Positions 38,117 to 48,687 of a stretch of 64,000 bases of DNA are shown piece by piece. Where the stretch lies: assembly GCA_965222375.1 (NCBI GenBank), contig CBDCTZ010000016.1, positions 544,001 to 608,000 on the forward strand. The letters run 5' to 3'. Under the pieces are notes generated by a model. The model had not been told where the DNA came from, did not search any database, and was given only the letters and a program-made list of their open reading frames with translations. The DNA comes from Polyangiaceae bacterium (lineage in GTDB: Bacteria; Myxococcota_A; Polyangia; Polyangiales; Polyangiaceae). The position numbers and the translations under genes were made by a program. Numbering within the stretch: the stretch's first letter is position 1; each line of letters starts with the position of its first letter.

Positions 38117-39811
38117 ATGCCGGACACTGATACGCCAGCGCCGTCCGAGTCACCGGGATCGGAGCCCGCATCTTCGCGGCCGCCGGTGTCCGAGCGACCA
38201 CAGTCCTTGCCGCCTCCGTCCGAGCGTCTCACCGCCGCCAATACCAGCGTCGTTGCTCGAGACGCAGTGGCAGAGGAACAACGTGCTCGGGAACGCACCA
38301 GCCTGTGGACGGCACTCTGGCTAGCGCTCCTGGCCGTCGCCGTACTTCAGCTCACGCGCAACAAGACGGTGGTGCACTGGATTCTGACAGGGACCATTGG
38401 CGCACTTGCCGTTGCTTGCGGCGCGGTGCTGACGGAATCCAGAGGCGGCAGGCCCATTCGGGAGCATCGCATGCTCGTCACCGGGGTGCTCACGGTGTTG
38501 GTGGTGCTCGCGGCTGCTGCGCACCTGGGCGTTTTGACCCCGATGATCGCCTTCCTGATTGTGACCGTCTACTACAACTCCAGCGGTGACGCGCCCTACG
38601 AAAGGGTGATCTACGCGCTCAGTGCCTTTGGTTTCGCCTGCCTGATTCTGCTTTCCTACATTGGCGTGTTGCCGCTCACGGACTCCGTGCTTGCCATGGC
38701 GGAACAGAACACCCGTGCCCTGGTGGGCTTTGGCATCGTTGGCGAGGGTCTGCTCTACGCCACCTATCGCATGGCTCGGGAAAACCGCCTGGCCACGTTG
38801 ACCGCGATGGATCGTCTGGAGCGAGCGCAGCGGCAGGTGCAGCAGCGGGACGCGCTATTGCTCGAGGCGCGACTGGAGATCGAAGGTGCTCGAGCGAGTG
38901 GAGTCGGGCGTCACACGGGCACGATGGTGGACGCCTACGAGGTGCACGACGTCATCGGTCGAGGTGCTACCGGCGAGGTCTATCAGGCCACTCGATCGGA
39001 CTCCGGTCAGCCCGCGGCTTTGAAGATCTTGTACCCGCATCTGCTGGACGAGGTGCATGTTGCGCGATACCTGCGCGAAGCCGAGCTGACCCAGCGGCTG
39101 GATTCGCCTCACATCCTGGAGTTTTTCGGCAACGGAGCGACACCGGATGGTTGCCCCTATGTTGCGACGGAGTTGTTGACTGGAGAGGACCTCTCGAAAC
39201 ACTTGCGTGAGCGCCGCACGATGTCGCTTGCCGCGACTGTAGAGATGATTGGGCAAGTTGCACGCGGGCTGGACGTCGCGCAGGAAAACGGGATCGTGCA
39301 CCGAGATCTCAAACCCCAGAACCTTTTCCTCGCCGCCGACAAAGGTGGCGGGCGCGCTTGGAAGGTGTTGGACTTCGGTATCGCTTCCTTGGTCGAAGGC
39401 TCCGGGGAGCTCACGCGTGGCGCCGCCATTGGAACGCCGAACTACATGTCCCCGGAGCAAACTCGCGGCCTTGGTGTCGACCACCGTTCGGACGTGTTTG
39501 CGCTTGGGTCCATTGCCTACCGCGTGTTGACCGGGCAGCCAGCATTCGCGGCGGCCGATTCCATGAGCACCATGTACCGCGTCAACAAGGTGCAGCCCGC
39601 GAAACCCAGCCTGCTCGCGCCGCGCCTGCCCAAGGATGTTGATGCGGTACTGGCTTTGGCCCTGGCGAAAAACAAGGATAGGCGCTTTCGGTCTGCTAGT
39701 ACCTTCGCCGCCGCCCTACGCGACGCATCCCGCGGCGAACTCGACGAACCGTTTCGCCAAGCCGCGGCGGAACTGCTCGACAAGCATCGCTGGATGCAAG
39801 AATTGAAGTAG
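38117..39811 (+). CDS. Ser/Thr kinase with N-terminal ~6-TM sensor
   Basis: ~6 hydrophobic helices, coiled coil, IGRGATGEVY, HRDLKPQN, DFG, YMSPEQ. Confidence 0.93.
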   Translation: MPDTDTPAPSESPGSEPASSRPPVSERPQSLPPPSERLTAANTSVVARDAVAEEQRARERTSLWTALWLALLAVAVLQLTRNKTVVHWILTGTIGALAVACGAVLTESRGGRPIREHRMLVTGVLTVLVVLAAAAHLGVLTPMIAFLIVTVYYNSSGDAPYERVIYALSAFGFACLILLSYIGVLPLTDSVLAMAEQNTRALVGFGIVGEGLLYATYRMARENRLATLTAMDRLERAQRQVQQRDALLLEARLEIEGARASGVGRHTGTMVDAYEVHDVIGRGATGEVYQATRSDSGQPAALKILYPHLLDEVHVARYLREAELTQRLDSPHILEFFGNGATPDGCPYVATELLTGEDLSKHLRERRTMSLAATVEMIGQVARGLDVAQENGIVHRDLKPQNLFLAADKGGGRAWKVLDFGIASLVEGSGELTRGAAIGTPNYMSPEQTRGLGVDHRSDVFALGSIAYRVLTGQPAFAAADSMSTMYRVNKVQPAKPSLLAPRLPKDVDAVLALALAKNKDRRFRSASTFAAALRDASRGELDEPFRQAAAELLDKHRWMQELK

Positions 39812-39825
39812 CCGCCCTGCTGTGG

Positions 39826-42800
39826 CTAACCGCAGAGTGCGGAGCTGCCCGTGGCGGCGGCGTGAGCGCTGTGGGCCTTACCAAGCCCCGAACCGAGCTG
39901 TCCGATCAGCGCCGCCAAACCCGCTCGGCCGGCGAGGGCCCCGAAGGCTCCGCCTGCGGCACCTGCCGCTGCGAAACAACCAAAGTCGTTCCAGTTGGTG
40001 GGATCGCCGCTCGGAGTACCGCCTGCGATGACGACGGTCGCGCCGATGAGCTTCTTGGCCTTGACCATTTCCAGAGAAAGCCAAGTGCCGTTGGCGGCGC
40101 CGAGGATCCCCGCCGCGCTTGCCAGGTTCGCTCCACGATTGATCAGGTCGATGGTGTTGTTCATCTCCGTCTGGTACGCCTCGGCCTCTTCTGCTCCGCC
40201 GCTGCCGTTGGAGAGCACGCCTAGCAGCGCGCCCGTCTTCTGATCGATGTGCCAGAACGCGACGGGGCTGCCGCTTGCGGGCACCAATCGGTAGGAGTTG
40301 GTGTAACCGCTCTGGGCCATGCGCCAGCGGTCCTGCAGGTCTTGGGACAGCCCGGAAATCACGCTCTGGATGACGGTGAAGGGTGGAATGACCGTGAGGC
40401 CCGAACCCTGAAGCAGGCTCTTGGTGCTGGTCTTGAACAGGGCGTCTTCGACGAGAGCCAACCGCGCTGTTGCATTCATGGCTTGGCTCAGGGACGCGCG
40501 GGCGTCCGTGTCGATGGCGGCGTAGGGGCCGAGCGGCAGTAGATCGACTCGGCGCAGCATGGACTTCTTGCCCCGGGGCATCACCGAGTGAAGCGCAGCA
40601 CGCAGCCCCGTCGGGTAAGCCGCGGTTTGCGATGCGGGTCGCAGCGGCGCGTGCAGGGCGAAGGCACCCAGGGCGGGAATGGTGGGCGCCTTGATCAGGG
40701 CGTCGTAAATCGCGGGAAGGTCCGTACCCCGAGTGGCGTCCCAAAGAGGCTCGAGCCCCAACCGCGCGGTGAGAAGATCGTCGATCATTTGCGCCGCGGT
40801 TGGCGGGCCACCCTCGAAGCGCACTTCGTAGGCACCGAGGAACGCGTCGCTCACCTCTGCGAACACCTCCTCGGGAGTCCCGGCGAGCACTTCTCGGCGT
40901 CCCGCAAGCACGCGAATGACCGCTGCCGCGCCGCCGACGCGCAGGGTGAGCAGGAGACCTCCGAAGCGATTGGGTGGCTTGATCTCAGCAGGTGCGGGCA
41001 CGGTGTACTGCGCGGCCTGAGTCGCCGTGCCACTCCGGATGGATAGTTTCACATTGCGCGTCGCCGGGCCTGCGACGGGCGCGTCGTAGCGCAACAAGTA
41101 GGCGTTCTTCTGGCGCGCGGCGATGAAGGTGTCTGCGGCCGTGACGGCTTCGGACTGCATGCTAACCGACACCACGGTGCCACCCGTGATCTCCGCCATC
41201 TGATCGAGGTTGGTCGTCGGCGCGGTTCCCACCCGAACGAAGACGGACGGCGGAGCGATACTCACGGCGGCGAGTGCTTCTGCGTCGGGCGTGTCCGTAG
41301 CGTCGCCGTCGGTGATGAACACGATCGTCGTGGCGCCCAGCTTGGCGGCTTCACCCAGGGCGTTCCACAAGTCTGAGCCGAAGCCCCCTTGATTCAGCGC
41401 TGCCAGCTCGAGCACCGCCGGATCCGTCGTCCATTTGCCCGCGCTGACGCTGCCGCCAACGGTGTGGACGCGGAAACTGGAGCCGGCGTATTTGCTGGCT
41501 AGCTGAGTGGCGATGTCCTTCACCAGGGTAGCTGCTTGGGCACCGGTGAAGGCGGGCGGCAAACTGGTGGACTTGTCGAGCAGAAAGACGACGCGGGGAG
41601 GCGGGGATGTGTTTTCGAGCAAGTTGAAGGGAAGCTCGGTGCCCTCCTCTTCGAGCTTGAAAGCCGAGGCCACCAATCCGTGCACGTCGCTGCCCGAACC
41701 GTCTTGCGCGCCAACCCGCAAGCTGATGCGTGAAAACCCGCTCGCCGATGGCGCGATGGTCAGAGTCTTCACGCTCGCTGCCTTGACCGGATCCAGGGGG
41801 CTCGTATCCAGCGGTGTGCCGCCAACGCTGTAGCTGCCGTCGGACTCTTTGACGATGACGTCGCCGCTCCGAGTGATGGCGGATCCGGAGAAGGTATTTG
41901 CTTCGCGGTCTGCAGCGCTGACGTCAGGACCATCCAAGGACAGAACCGGGATGAACGTGCGCAAGTCGTCCAGGCTGCGGCCGAGGAGTTGGGGCAGCTC
42001 TTCCGGCGGCACCATCGCGATCCTTAGGGAGCGACCCGGAAGGTCCTCGAATTCGAATTGCCCGCTCACCAGATCGACGGGAATTTTTGGATCCGCCGAG
42101 CTGACTATGGACAGGGTTGCCGTGACCTTGGGCAGAGGCTGGGCGCTGCTGACTTTGGCGGGGGTTGCAGTCGTTCCAGCGTCGCCGAATGCGAGATCCG
42201 GCAGCGCCGGGTTGGCGAGTTTGTCGGCGCCGCCATCGGTGACCCGAACGATGGGAATATTGATCGGCGGACTGAAGTCGAAGCCCGTCGCGTCGACGGT
42301 CGCCGGTAGCTGTGCGAGCAGCGTCTGCGCGAGGGCAGTGGCGAGACTGTCGTCTGCGTCCAACACATTCGCATTGGTCGGAGCGTCAACCTTCAGCAGC
42401 GCCAACCACTCCGCTACTTTCGCGTCGGACACCTGGGGATCGAATGCGCGACTGACGCTTCGGATCAGTGCCTTCTTGGCGAAGTCCGGGATCTTCGGTG
42501 TGGCGATGGCGACCACCTCAGCGTCCAAGCCGGCGCGCTTGTACAAGTCGACCAGGAGATCGGCCTTGTCGCGCATGGTGCCGGCGCCGCCCCGCAGTGT
42601 GCCTCGCGAACCAAACAGACGACCCGTGGTCCCACCCAAACTGGTTAGGGTTGCCGGCAGCGTAACGATGTTGTCCCGAACGAACTCATAGATCGCTGCT
42701 GCATCTTTGCCGGCGACTATGTCATTGGCGCGAGCAACCAAGTGATCCGGACTGGTGCGTATCGCGTCCCGTACTTCTTCCCAAACGCCGAAGGGCACTC

Positions 42801-42969
42801 GCGGCGTGGTGCCTGCGTCTGCCCCACCAGCACCCCCCATGCCACCAGCGCCGGCTCCGCCATCCGTGGGCTTGGGTTTTCCTCCAGAGCTGTCGTCACC
42901 GCCACAGGCCGCAACCAACAAGCTCGCAATCATGAAGTCGCGTCGCGACAGATCCCAAGTCCGCTTCAT
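39826..42969 (-). CDS. Tat-signal lipoprotein with transglutaminase-like and VWA domains
   Basis: SRRDFM + LVAAC; IYEFVRDNI..GTLRGGAGTMRDKADLL; VVFLLDKSTS (MIDAS) and IVFITDG; Gly/Ala hydrophobic tail. Confidence 0.82.
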   Translation of the reverse strand: MKRTWDLSRRDFMIASLLVAACGGDDSSGGKPKPTDGGAGAGGMGGAGGADAGTTPRVPFGVWEEVRDAIRTSPDHLVARANDIVAGKDAAAIYEFVRDNIVTLPATLTSLGGTTGRLFGSRGTLRGGAGTMRDKADLLVDLYKRAGLDAEVVAIATPKIPDFAKKALIRSVSRAFDPQVSDAKVAEWLALLKVDAPTNANVLDADDSLATALAQTLLAQLPATVDATGFDFSPPINIPIVRVTDGGADKLANPALPDLAFGDAGTTATPAKVSSAQPLPKVTATLSIVSSADPKIPVDLVSGQFEFEDLPGRSLRIAMVPPEELPQLLGRSLDDLRTFIPVLSLDGPDVSAADREANTFSGSAITRSGDVIVKESDGSYSVGGTPLDTSPLDPVKAASVKTLTIAPSASGFSRISLRVGAQDGSGSDVHGLVASAFKLEEEGTELPFNLLENTSPPPRVVFLLDKSTSLPPAFTGAQAATLVKDIATQLASKYAGSSFRVHTVGGSVSAGKWTTDPAVLELAALNQGGFGSDLWNALGEAAKLGATTIVFITDGDATDTPDAEALAAVSIAPPSVFVRVGTAPTTNLDQMAEITGGTVVSVSMQSEAVTAADTFIAARQKNAYLLRYDAPVAGPATRNVKLSIRSGTATQAAQYTVPAPAEIKPPNRFGGLLLTLRVGGAAAVIRVLAGRREVLAGTPEEVFAEVSDAFLGAYEVRFEGGPPTAAQMIDDLLTARLGLEPLWDATRGTDLPAIYDALIKAPTIPALGAFALHAPLRPASQTAAYPTGLRAALHSVMPRGKKSMLRRVDLLPLGPYAAIDTDARASLSQAMNATARLALVEDALFKTSTKSLLQGSGLTVIPPFTVIQSVISGLSQDLQDRWRMAQSGYTNSYRLVPASGSPVAFWHIDQKTGALLGVLSNGSGGAEEAEAYQTEMNNTIDLINRGANLASAAGILGAANGTWLSLEMVKAKKLIGATVVIAGGTPSGDPTNWNDFGCFAAAGAAGGAFGALAGRAGLAALIGQLGSGLGKAHSAHAAATGSSALCG

Positions 42970-43083
42970 CTCGATACCTTCCCTGAGGGAAGCGGGTGAC
43001 GCAAGGGAGGCACAGCGAGCGGACAATCGGCTGCCACAGCAGAGGGCGATGTGCGGGGCATCCTCGCGCGCAACGCTGTTGCT

Positions 43084-45717
43084 TCAGCGAAGCAGCCGCG
43101 CCGTCAAGCGTTCGCGCAGCTTATAGAGCTTGTCGTAGTCTGGCGGCGCGTTGCCGCGAGCTGTGAGGAACACCGGCCCGCCCAGGGCTTCCGTGTTGCC
43201 CTCCCAGGAATAGGAACCCAAGCGTATGCGCACTCGCTCTGCCATGGCGTCGGTCTTGACCTTTGCGCGCACCAGTGCGAAAGCGCCGCTTCCGCCGCCG
43301 CGGCCCCGAGCGATCACGTTGCGGTGATGGTCCAATAGTTCGATGTTGACGGGAGCGCTGCTGCGCACCGCGAATCGATGCACGACGCCGGACTTTGGAT
43401 AGTCGATACCAAGTCCGACGACTTTCAAGTTCGGAGCGCTGGGTGCTGGAGCCACGTGGCTCGCGGCCCAGGGGTCGATGCGCTGGCGAGCTGGGATCTT
43501 GTCGCTGTCTTTTGGCCTTTTCGCCAGGGGCGAACGCAGCGCGAAGGCGTGGGTGACCGGGCCCACGAAGACTCGGGGCGGGCTGTTCTGATCGACGATG
43601 AAGAAACCGAGCCGCGGTGTGGTCGTGGCCACGGACGCTACCGTTTTGGTGTTCGAGCCGGTGAACCAGTCCGCTACGAAGCTTTCTTTGGCGAAGGCGG
43701 TCGAGGTGTCGGGGAATAGGTCGAAGTACCAGCCATTGAAGCTGCCGGGGGAATCCGACGTCGGCGGCTCCACTTCGACGATCATGGCGAGCCAACGTTT
43801 CTCCGCTGCCGAGAGCGCGCGGCCGGCAAGTTCGTTCCGGGCGATGGCGGTGAGCACGTTCAAGGTGCGCTCGAGCCGGCTGAAGTACTTTGCGCCGACG
43901 CTGTGTTTTGATCGCTTTGCGAAGGCACGGCCGCGGCGCGCGTACTCGGCGAGCATCGAATACACCTCGGGCACCGGATCGACGTAGCCATCGGGGATTT
44001 CGCAGCCGCCTTCGCTGTAGGGTTGCCCCGCAATCAGAACGGCGCCGTGGCGTAGTTGACCGTAGGCCGCGATGGCACTCGCGACTCGAGCATCTCGGAA
44101 CGCATCGGTCTTGGTGAACGAGGGCACACGGCCCGTCGGTTCGTTACCCAGGCGTCGAATGGCTTCGAGCCATGCGCCGAACATCCCGGGCGCCACCTCG
44201 CGCGCGATGACCTTTCGGCTCGCGCCCAAGCTTTTTTGCAGCGCAGGGTAGCGCGCGAGATCTGTTCGAAGATAGCGCTTGGCGCGATCGTGACCCAGCA
44301 TGTATGCGACGTCACCAGCTCGCGGAAGGTCCCGGTTGGCGACATCGGAATGCACTACGCGGGTCAACGCGACTGCGTCCGGCAAGATGCGTGGGCCCAG
44401 CAGCGTGCTGATCACGGGCAGTGGCGTGGAGCCCTGGGGCATGTAGTGGATGCGCGCCGTGCGAGAGAACTTGCTGCCGATCGCAGCACGCAAGCTCTTG
44501 GCACTCGCCGGTAGCGAGAGCTTCGTGATTTGCGCTCGGGCCCGCAGTGCGAGCAGTTGGCGCAGCGAGACATCCTCGCGCTTGCCGCCCACGGCCTGCC
44601 AAGCTGCGTCCAGCACGTCCAGGTCGTCGAGGACCCGCGCTGCCTTGGCGAGTTCGGCTAGGGCCAAGGCCACGACCGCTTCCCGCGGGGTCTCGGCGGG
44701 ATTGGGCACGATTCCCGGCTGCGAGCTTCGGCTGGCGCGGGACACGAGATTGAACTCCAACCGCGATAGCCACATCGACGCGCGAAAGTAGGGTGCAAGC
44801 GCTCCGTCGAAAGCGCTCGCGTAGTAGCCGCGGGGAGCAAAGGCCGAGAAGTCCACTATTCGCGGTCGCCCGAAGAGCGTCACTTGGGTCAGCCCACCCC
44901 GAGCGTCCCTGGCTCTCTTGATCAGCGGAGCCGCGACGGCGCTCTGCCCCAAGGAGCTTGCGACCTTCGAGTCTGCGAGCAGGGACCGCGCGACGGTCAG
45001 ATACACATCGACGTCATGACCGATGTCCCTGGGCCAACGGGTTGCCAAGGCGGGTAGCTTGGCATGCATGGCCGAGAGCAGCTGCCCCTGGCGGTCCGCT
45101 AGATCCAGTTCGATGCTGGAGACGACCTGCTCGTGACTCTTGAACACGGCGTGAAAGATGGCGTCGGCGGAGACGTAGACCGGGAGCTGGGACTGGTGGA
45201 TCTCGTGAAATGCGCGGGTGAATCCAGGTTGCGAGAGGCGCGCCGCAACGGCGAAGCCGTTCTTGTACAAGAGGCGCGTCTCCGCTCGGGTCAATGCGAA
45301 GCGCTCCTTCATGCGCGCCAAGTGCAGCGGGGCCTTGGCGCGGCTCCACGGCTTCGCGGGCACGATGGCTTGGGGCGACTGTTGCAGCACGGCTTTGGCC
45401 GCGCGGGCCACCGTATCTTCCGCCGCATCGCAGACGTTCGCGCCTACCTTCTTGCGACCGCTGCCGCTGAGCGTGGGCGGCATGCCCAGGCCCAGGTCGA
45501 GCTTGGGTGGCGCGGCTGTCGAGGCGTCGCTTTCACGTGCACCAGCATCATCGAGCTGAGAGCGGGCCGCCCCACCGTCCGCGCCGCCGGAACTGGCGTG
45601 GCTAGGTGCGCGGTGTCCTGGGTCGGCCGCCGTGGCAACAATGCCGGTGGACCTGGCTGGGCAGCCCGCAACCACGAGGAGGCATAGCAGACCGGAAGCC
45701 GCAAAAGCACGCCGCAT
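43084..45717 (-). CDS. DUF3160 domain lipoprotein
   Basis: VVAGC lipobox; KNGF, PVYVSADAIFH, DFSAFAPRGYY, YFRASMWLSR, GYVDPVPE. Confidence 0.85.
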   Translation of the reverse strand: MRRAFAASGLLCLLVVAGCPARSTGIVATAADPGHRAPSHASSGGADGGAARSQLDDAGARESDASTAAPPKLDLGLGMPPTLSGSGRKKVGANVCDAAEDTVARAAKAVLQQSPQAIVPAKPWSRAKAPLHLARMKERFALTRAETRLLYKNGFAVAARLSQPGFTRAFHEIHQSQLPVYVSADAIFHAVFKSHEQVVSSIELDLADRQGQLLSAMHAKLPALATRWPRDIGHDVDVYLTVARSLLADSKVASSLGQSAVAAPLIKRARDARGGLTQVTLFGRPRIVDFSAFAPRGYYASAFDGALAPYFRASMWLSRLEFNLVSRASRSSQPGIVPNPAETPREAVVALALAELAKAARVLDDLDVLDAAWQAVGGKREDVSLRQLLALRARAQITKLSLPASAKSLRAAIGSKFSRTARIHYMPQGSTPLPVISTLLGPRILPDAVALTRVVHSDVANRDLPRAGDVAYMLGHDRAKRYLRTDLARYPALQKSLGASRKVIAREVAPGMFGAWLEAIRRLGNEPTGRVPSFTKTDAFRDARVASAIAAYGQLRHGAVLIAGQPYSEGGCEIPDGYVDPVPEVYSMLAEYARRGRAFAKRSKHSVGAKYFSRLERTLNVLTAIARNELAGRALSAAEKRWLAMIVEVEPPTSDSPGSFNGWYFDLFPDTSTAFAKESFVADWFTGSNTKTVASVATTTPRLGFFIVDQNSPPRVFVGPVTHAFALRSPLAKRPKDSDKIPARQRIDPWAASHVAPAPSAPNLKVVGLGIDYPKSGVVHRFAVRSSAPVNIELLDHHRNVIARGRGGGSGAFALVRAKVKTDAMAERVRIRLGSYSWEGNTEALGGPVFLTARGNAPPDYDKLYKLRERLTARLLR

Positions 45718-45818
45718 GCAGGGTCATCGCGCCAAAGCCAGAAAGTGTGACTCAGGCCAACGGGGCCGGCGTGGATTTGCGACGACACTAACAGAGCCGG
45801 GGTGAATCGTTTGCGATT

Positions 45819-46331
45819 CTAGGGGATGCAGTGGCCCCACGGCTTTGGTCCGCTATCTGGACCCGGGGGACGATCGCACGTCTTGAGTCCGGGCTGGTCG
45901 CACTCCGAACCGTTGCAGCACCACATACGGCAATGGTACGGGCCGCTGCCCTGGTCCTGCACACACGAGAAATTGTCCTTGCAGACGTCTGACACCGGGT
46001 CGCAGGTGGTGTTGGGCGTCTTCTCAGATCCCTGCGTGAAGGCGCGACACTCGCTGGTAGTGCCGTTGAACACACACTTCTCGTTCTCCGCCTGGCAAGA
46101 GTTGACATCGAACGGATCGCACCCTCCACCCTGTGGTGACATACACGTCGACGCCCCTCCGCCAGTGCCCGCGGAACCCGCACTGCCTCCGCCCGTCGCG
46201 CCGGCACCTGAGCTTCCAGCAGTGCCGCCCGTCGAACTCGGATTGCTACCTTTGGACTTCGAACTACACGCCCCGAGGCTCAAGCCAGCGATGGCCAAGA
46301 CGAAAAAGGATGTGAAGAGCCGCATCTGCAC
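45819..46331 (-). CDS. Cys-rich lipoprotein
   Basis: LGAC lipobox; Gly linker; CDP..C..C..CRMWCC..GHC. Confidence 0.82.
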   Translation of the reverse strand: MQMRLFTSFFVLAIAGLSLGACSSKSKGSNPSSTGGTAGSSGAGATGGGSAGSAGTGGGASTCMSPQGGGCDPFDVNSCQAENEKCVFNGTTSECRAFTQGSEKTPNTTCDPVSDVCKDNFSCVQDQGSGPYHCRMWCCNGSECDQPGLKTCDRPPGPDSGPKPWGHCIP

Positions 46332-46426
46332 AGGATGCCCGGTGCGTGGCGGTTCGTCCAGCTGTGCGGCGCTGAATCAAGAACCGCCGCGCCGCGTAGT
46401 AGATGAGGGAGCATCAGCCCGTGCGC

Positions 46427-46977
46427 TCAGGAGCAGTGCCCCCGGGCCTTCACCCCGCCAGCGCCCGTCGGCGGGCGCATGCAGAGAGGCGGCTCGCAAT
46501 CTGAGTCTAGGCAACACCACTTGCGGCACTTGCCTATGGGCGAGCCGGGGCTGTCGGGTACGCAGGCGTAGCCGAACTCGCAGATGTGGATCTTTGGGTC
46601 GCAGGTGGCTCCCTTTAGTTACTGAGATCCCGGCGGCTCCACACAGGTTGATGCGCTTCCAGCATTGAACTTGCAAACCTTCCCAGTCGGACAGTCCTTG
46701 TCCAGCGGCGCATTGCAGGGGCCCGGCGGAGGCTCACACATGGGGGTTCCGCCTCCAGCGCCTGCGGTTCCACCGCCCGCGCCACTTGTGCCCGCGGAAC
46801 CGCTGGTACCCCCGCTGCCCCCGTGGCGGCGCCCGCGCTGCCGCTAGACCCAGCCGCGCCGGCCTGCCCGGCACCGCCACCGCTGCCGGTCTTGCTCGAG
46901 CCCGTGGAACTCGAACTGCAAGAACCGAGTGCCAGGACAGCGAGAGCCAACGAGATGACAGAGCTGAAAGCGCGCAT
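46427..46977 (-). pseudogene. Pseudogenised tandem paralog of 45819..46331
   Basis: LGSC lipobox; frameshift in a G run near 46820; in-frame TAA at 46619-46621; CDP..CRKWCC..RPP..GHC. Confidence 0.8.
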
Positions 46978-47248
46978 GCAGCAAAGGATGCGCTTCCTGC
47001 CCGACGACGTCCAGGCGAACCGCTGGATCCAAGGCGAGAGTAGTGCACCGGATTGCTCCAGAGATGCGACCCAAACCCAGACAGCAACAAGGCCGGCATC
47101 CATCGTTTCTGTGCCGAGGCCAAGAGGGCCGGCATGCTCGTTCGTCCCGTGCCCCAGAACCGCTCCGAGCGTTTCGGATCAGTTCTGCTCCTATGCGACC
47201 GAAGGCGCGGCTTGAGGAGTGGTTGGCTAGGGGACTAGGCTCATCAGC

Positions 47249-48292
47249 GTGAGAAACCTCAGAGTGAATTTGGCCGTGACCCTTCTGGTGCTCACCGGCT
47301 CAGGCTGCGCTCCCGCGAGCAACGCGCCGCCCCCGGGCGTGGAACCGGCGCCCACTGCTGCGGCCAAGACTCCACAGACTTCGCCGCCTGCCAGCGCACC
47401 AACCGCCGCTCCGGCAAGCGTCGGAGAGCCGCCCCCAATCGTCGAAGTGGCCGTCTTGAGCTTCAAGCGCACCGTCGAGGCGCCAGTGCACCACTTGGGC
47501 TTTGGCAAGAAGGGCCGCGTCGCTGCGATCGGCGAGGACGTTTGGCTGGGCGAAGGCAAGGGCTTCAAGAAGTTGCCGCCGCCGGGCGTGTCGACCCAGA
47601 ACGTACGGATCTACTTCGGGCGAGACAACAAGCCACGGCTGATGGGCTATGCGGGTGCTGGTGAAACCGCGAAGGGCGTGTACCGGCGTTGGCGCGGCGG
47701 ACGCTGGCAGCGAGGGCTGGACGAGATCGGGCGATTGGGCGGCGGCAAGACTCCGTTTTTCGGAGTGTTGGGCTACGCAGATCCCGAGGTGGTCTGTCGC
47801 ATTGGTCAGATCTGTCTGATCAAGCGATTGACCGGATGGAAGACTGTGCAGCCCCCCGCGGGACTGCCCCAAGTCGTGCTGGCTCACGGCCAAGCCTGGG
47901 CGCTGTCGGAAAAGGAGCTGTGGCGCCTCGAAGGTGATGCCAAATGGCAGGCCTACGGAGGCACGCTGCCGTTTTCGAAGGCCAGCGCCTTGTGGGCGAC
48001 CAGCGCGACGGATGTGTGGGTGGCGGAAGCGAGCGGCAGTTTGCATCGCTTCGACGGTAAGGCCTGGTCTCAGACGAAGTCCGCCGTCGACGCTCCGATG
48101 GGGCTTTGGGCGGCGGACCCAAATAACGTCTGGCTCGTCGGCAAGAGCGGCGCGGCGCACTATGACGGGCAGGCTTGGCGTCGCGTGGCCGGTCCCAAGG
48201 GACCGTTGGCGTACGTGGAGGGGCTCTCGACAAACGAGGTCTGGTTGGCCGGGCCGAGCGGACTATGGCGGGGAACGGCCCCCAGCAAGTAG
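47249..48292 (+). CDS. Lipoprotein with Trp-rich beta-propeller-like repeats
   Basis: GSGC lipobox; ALWATSATDVWV, HRFDGKAW, LWAADPNNVWLVG, HYDGQAW. Confidence 0.82.
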   Translation: MRNLRVNLAVTLLVLTGSGCAPASNAPPPGVEPAPTAAAKTPQTSPPASAPTAAPASVGEPPPIVEVAVLSFKRTVEAPVHHLGFGKKGRVAAIGEDVWLGEGKGFKKLPPPGVSTQNVRIYFGRDNKPRLMGYAGAGETAKGVYRRWRGGRWQRGLDEIGRLGGGKTPFFGVLGYADPEVVCRIGQICLIKRLTGWKTVQPPAGLPQVVLAHGQAWALSEKELWRLEGDAKWQAYGGTLPFSKASALWATSATDVWVAEASGSLHRFDGKAWSQTKSAVDAPMGLWAADPNNVWLVGKSGAAHYDGQAWRRVAGPKGPLAYVEGLSTNEVWLAGPSGLWRGTAPSK

Positions 48293-48687
48293 GGGAAGCC
48301 GGCGACGGCTGAACAAGCGCTTCAAGGTGCTGTCGGGGCATCGGTTCGCGTTTTACTCGGCGGCGCTACGTCGCAGTGTGGCGCCAGCCGCCTCAGTGCG
48401 TCTTTCTACGCCTCGACGCGACTCGTATCAGCGCGGGAGGAGGTCGCGGGCGCCGCGCAGGGTTGCGAGAAATCCCCGCAACGTGCTGCTGCAGCCCGTG
48501 GCACGCGTCGTGCGATGCATGTGCGTCGGTCAACGGCAAGAAGTACCAAGAGGTTGTCGACTTGATCCCAGGTACTGAAGGCCCGGGGCGGTTCTTCCTG
48601 TTTGGTCACGTGGAAACCAACAGCGGCAGTGGACACCTCACCGTCGAAAAGGTGACCGAGGGCTGAGCGGGTGGAGGCGGCTGGTAA

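Noticed and set aside
28820..42969. Functional link between the DAIP homolog and the transglutaminase-like protein
   Set aside because: They are 10 kb apart, the domain lacks the catalytic Cys, and it is unlike Streptomyces transglutaminase.
48376..48666. Small CDS
   Set aside because: Only the last ~45 codons look protein-like; possibly a remnant, but not assignable.
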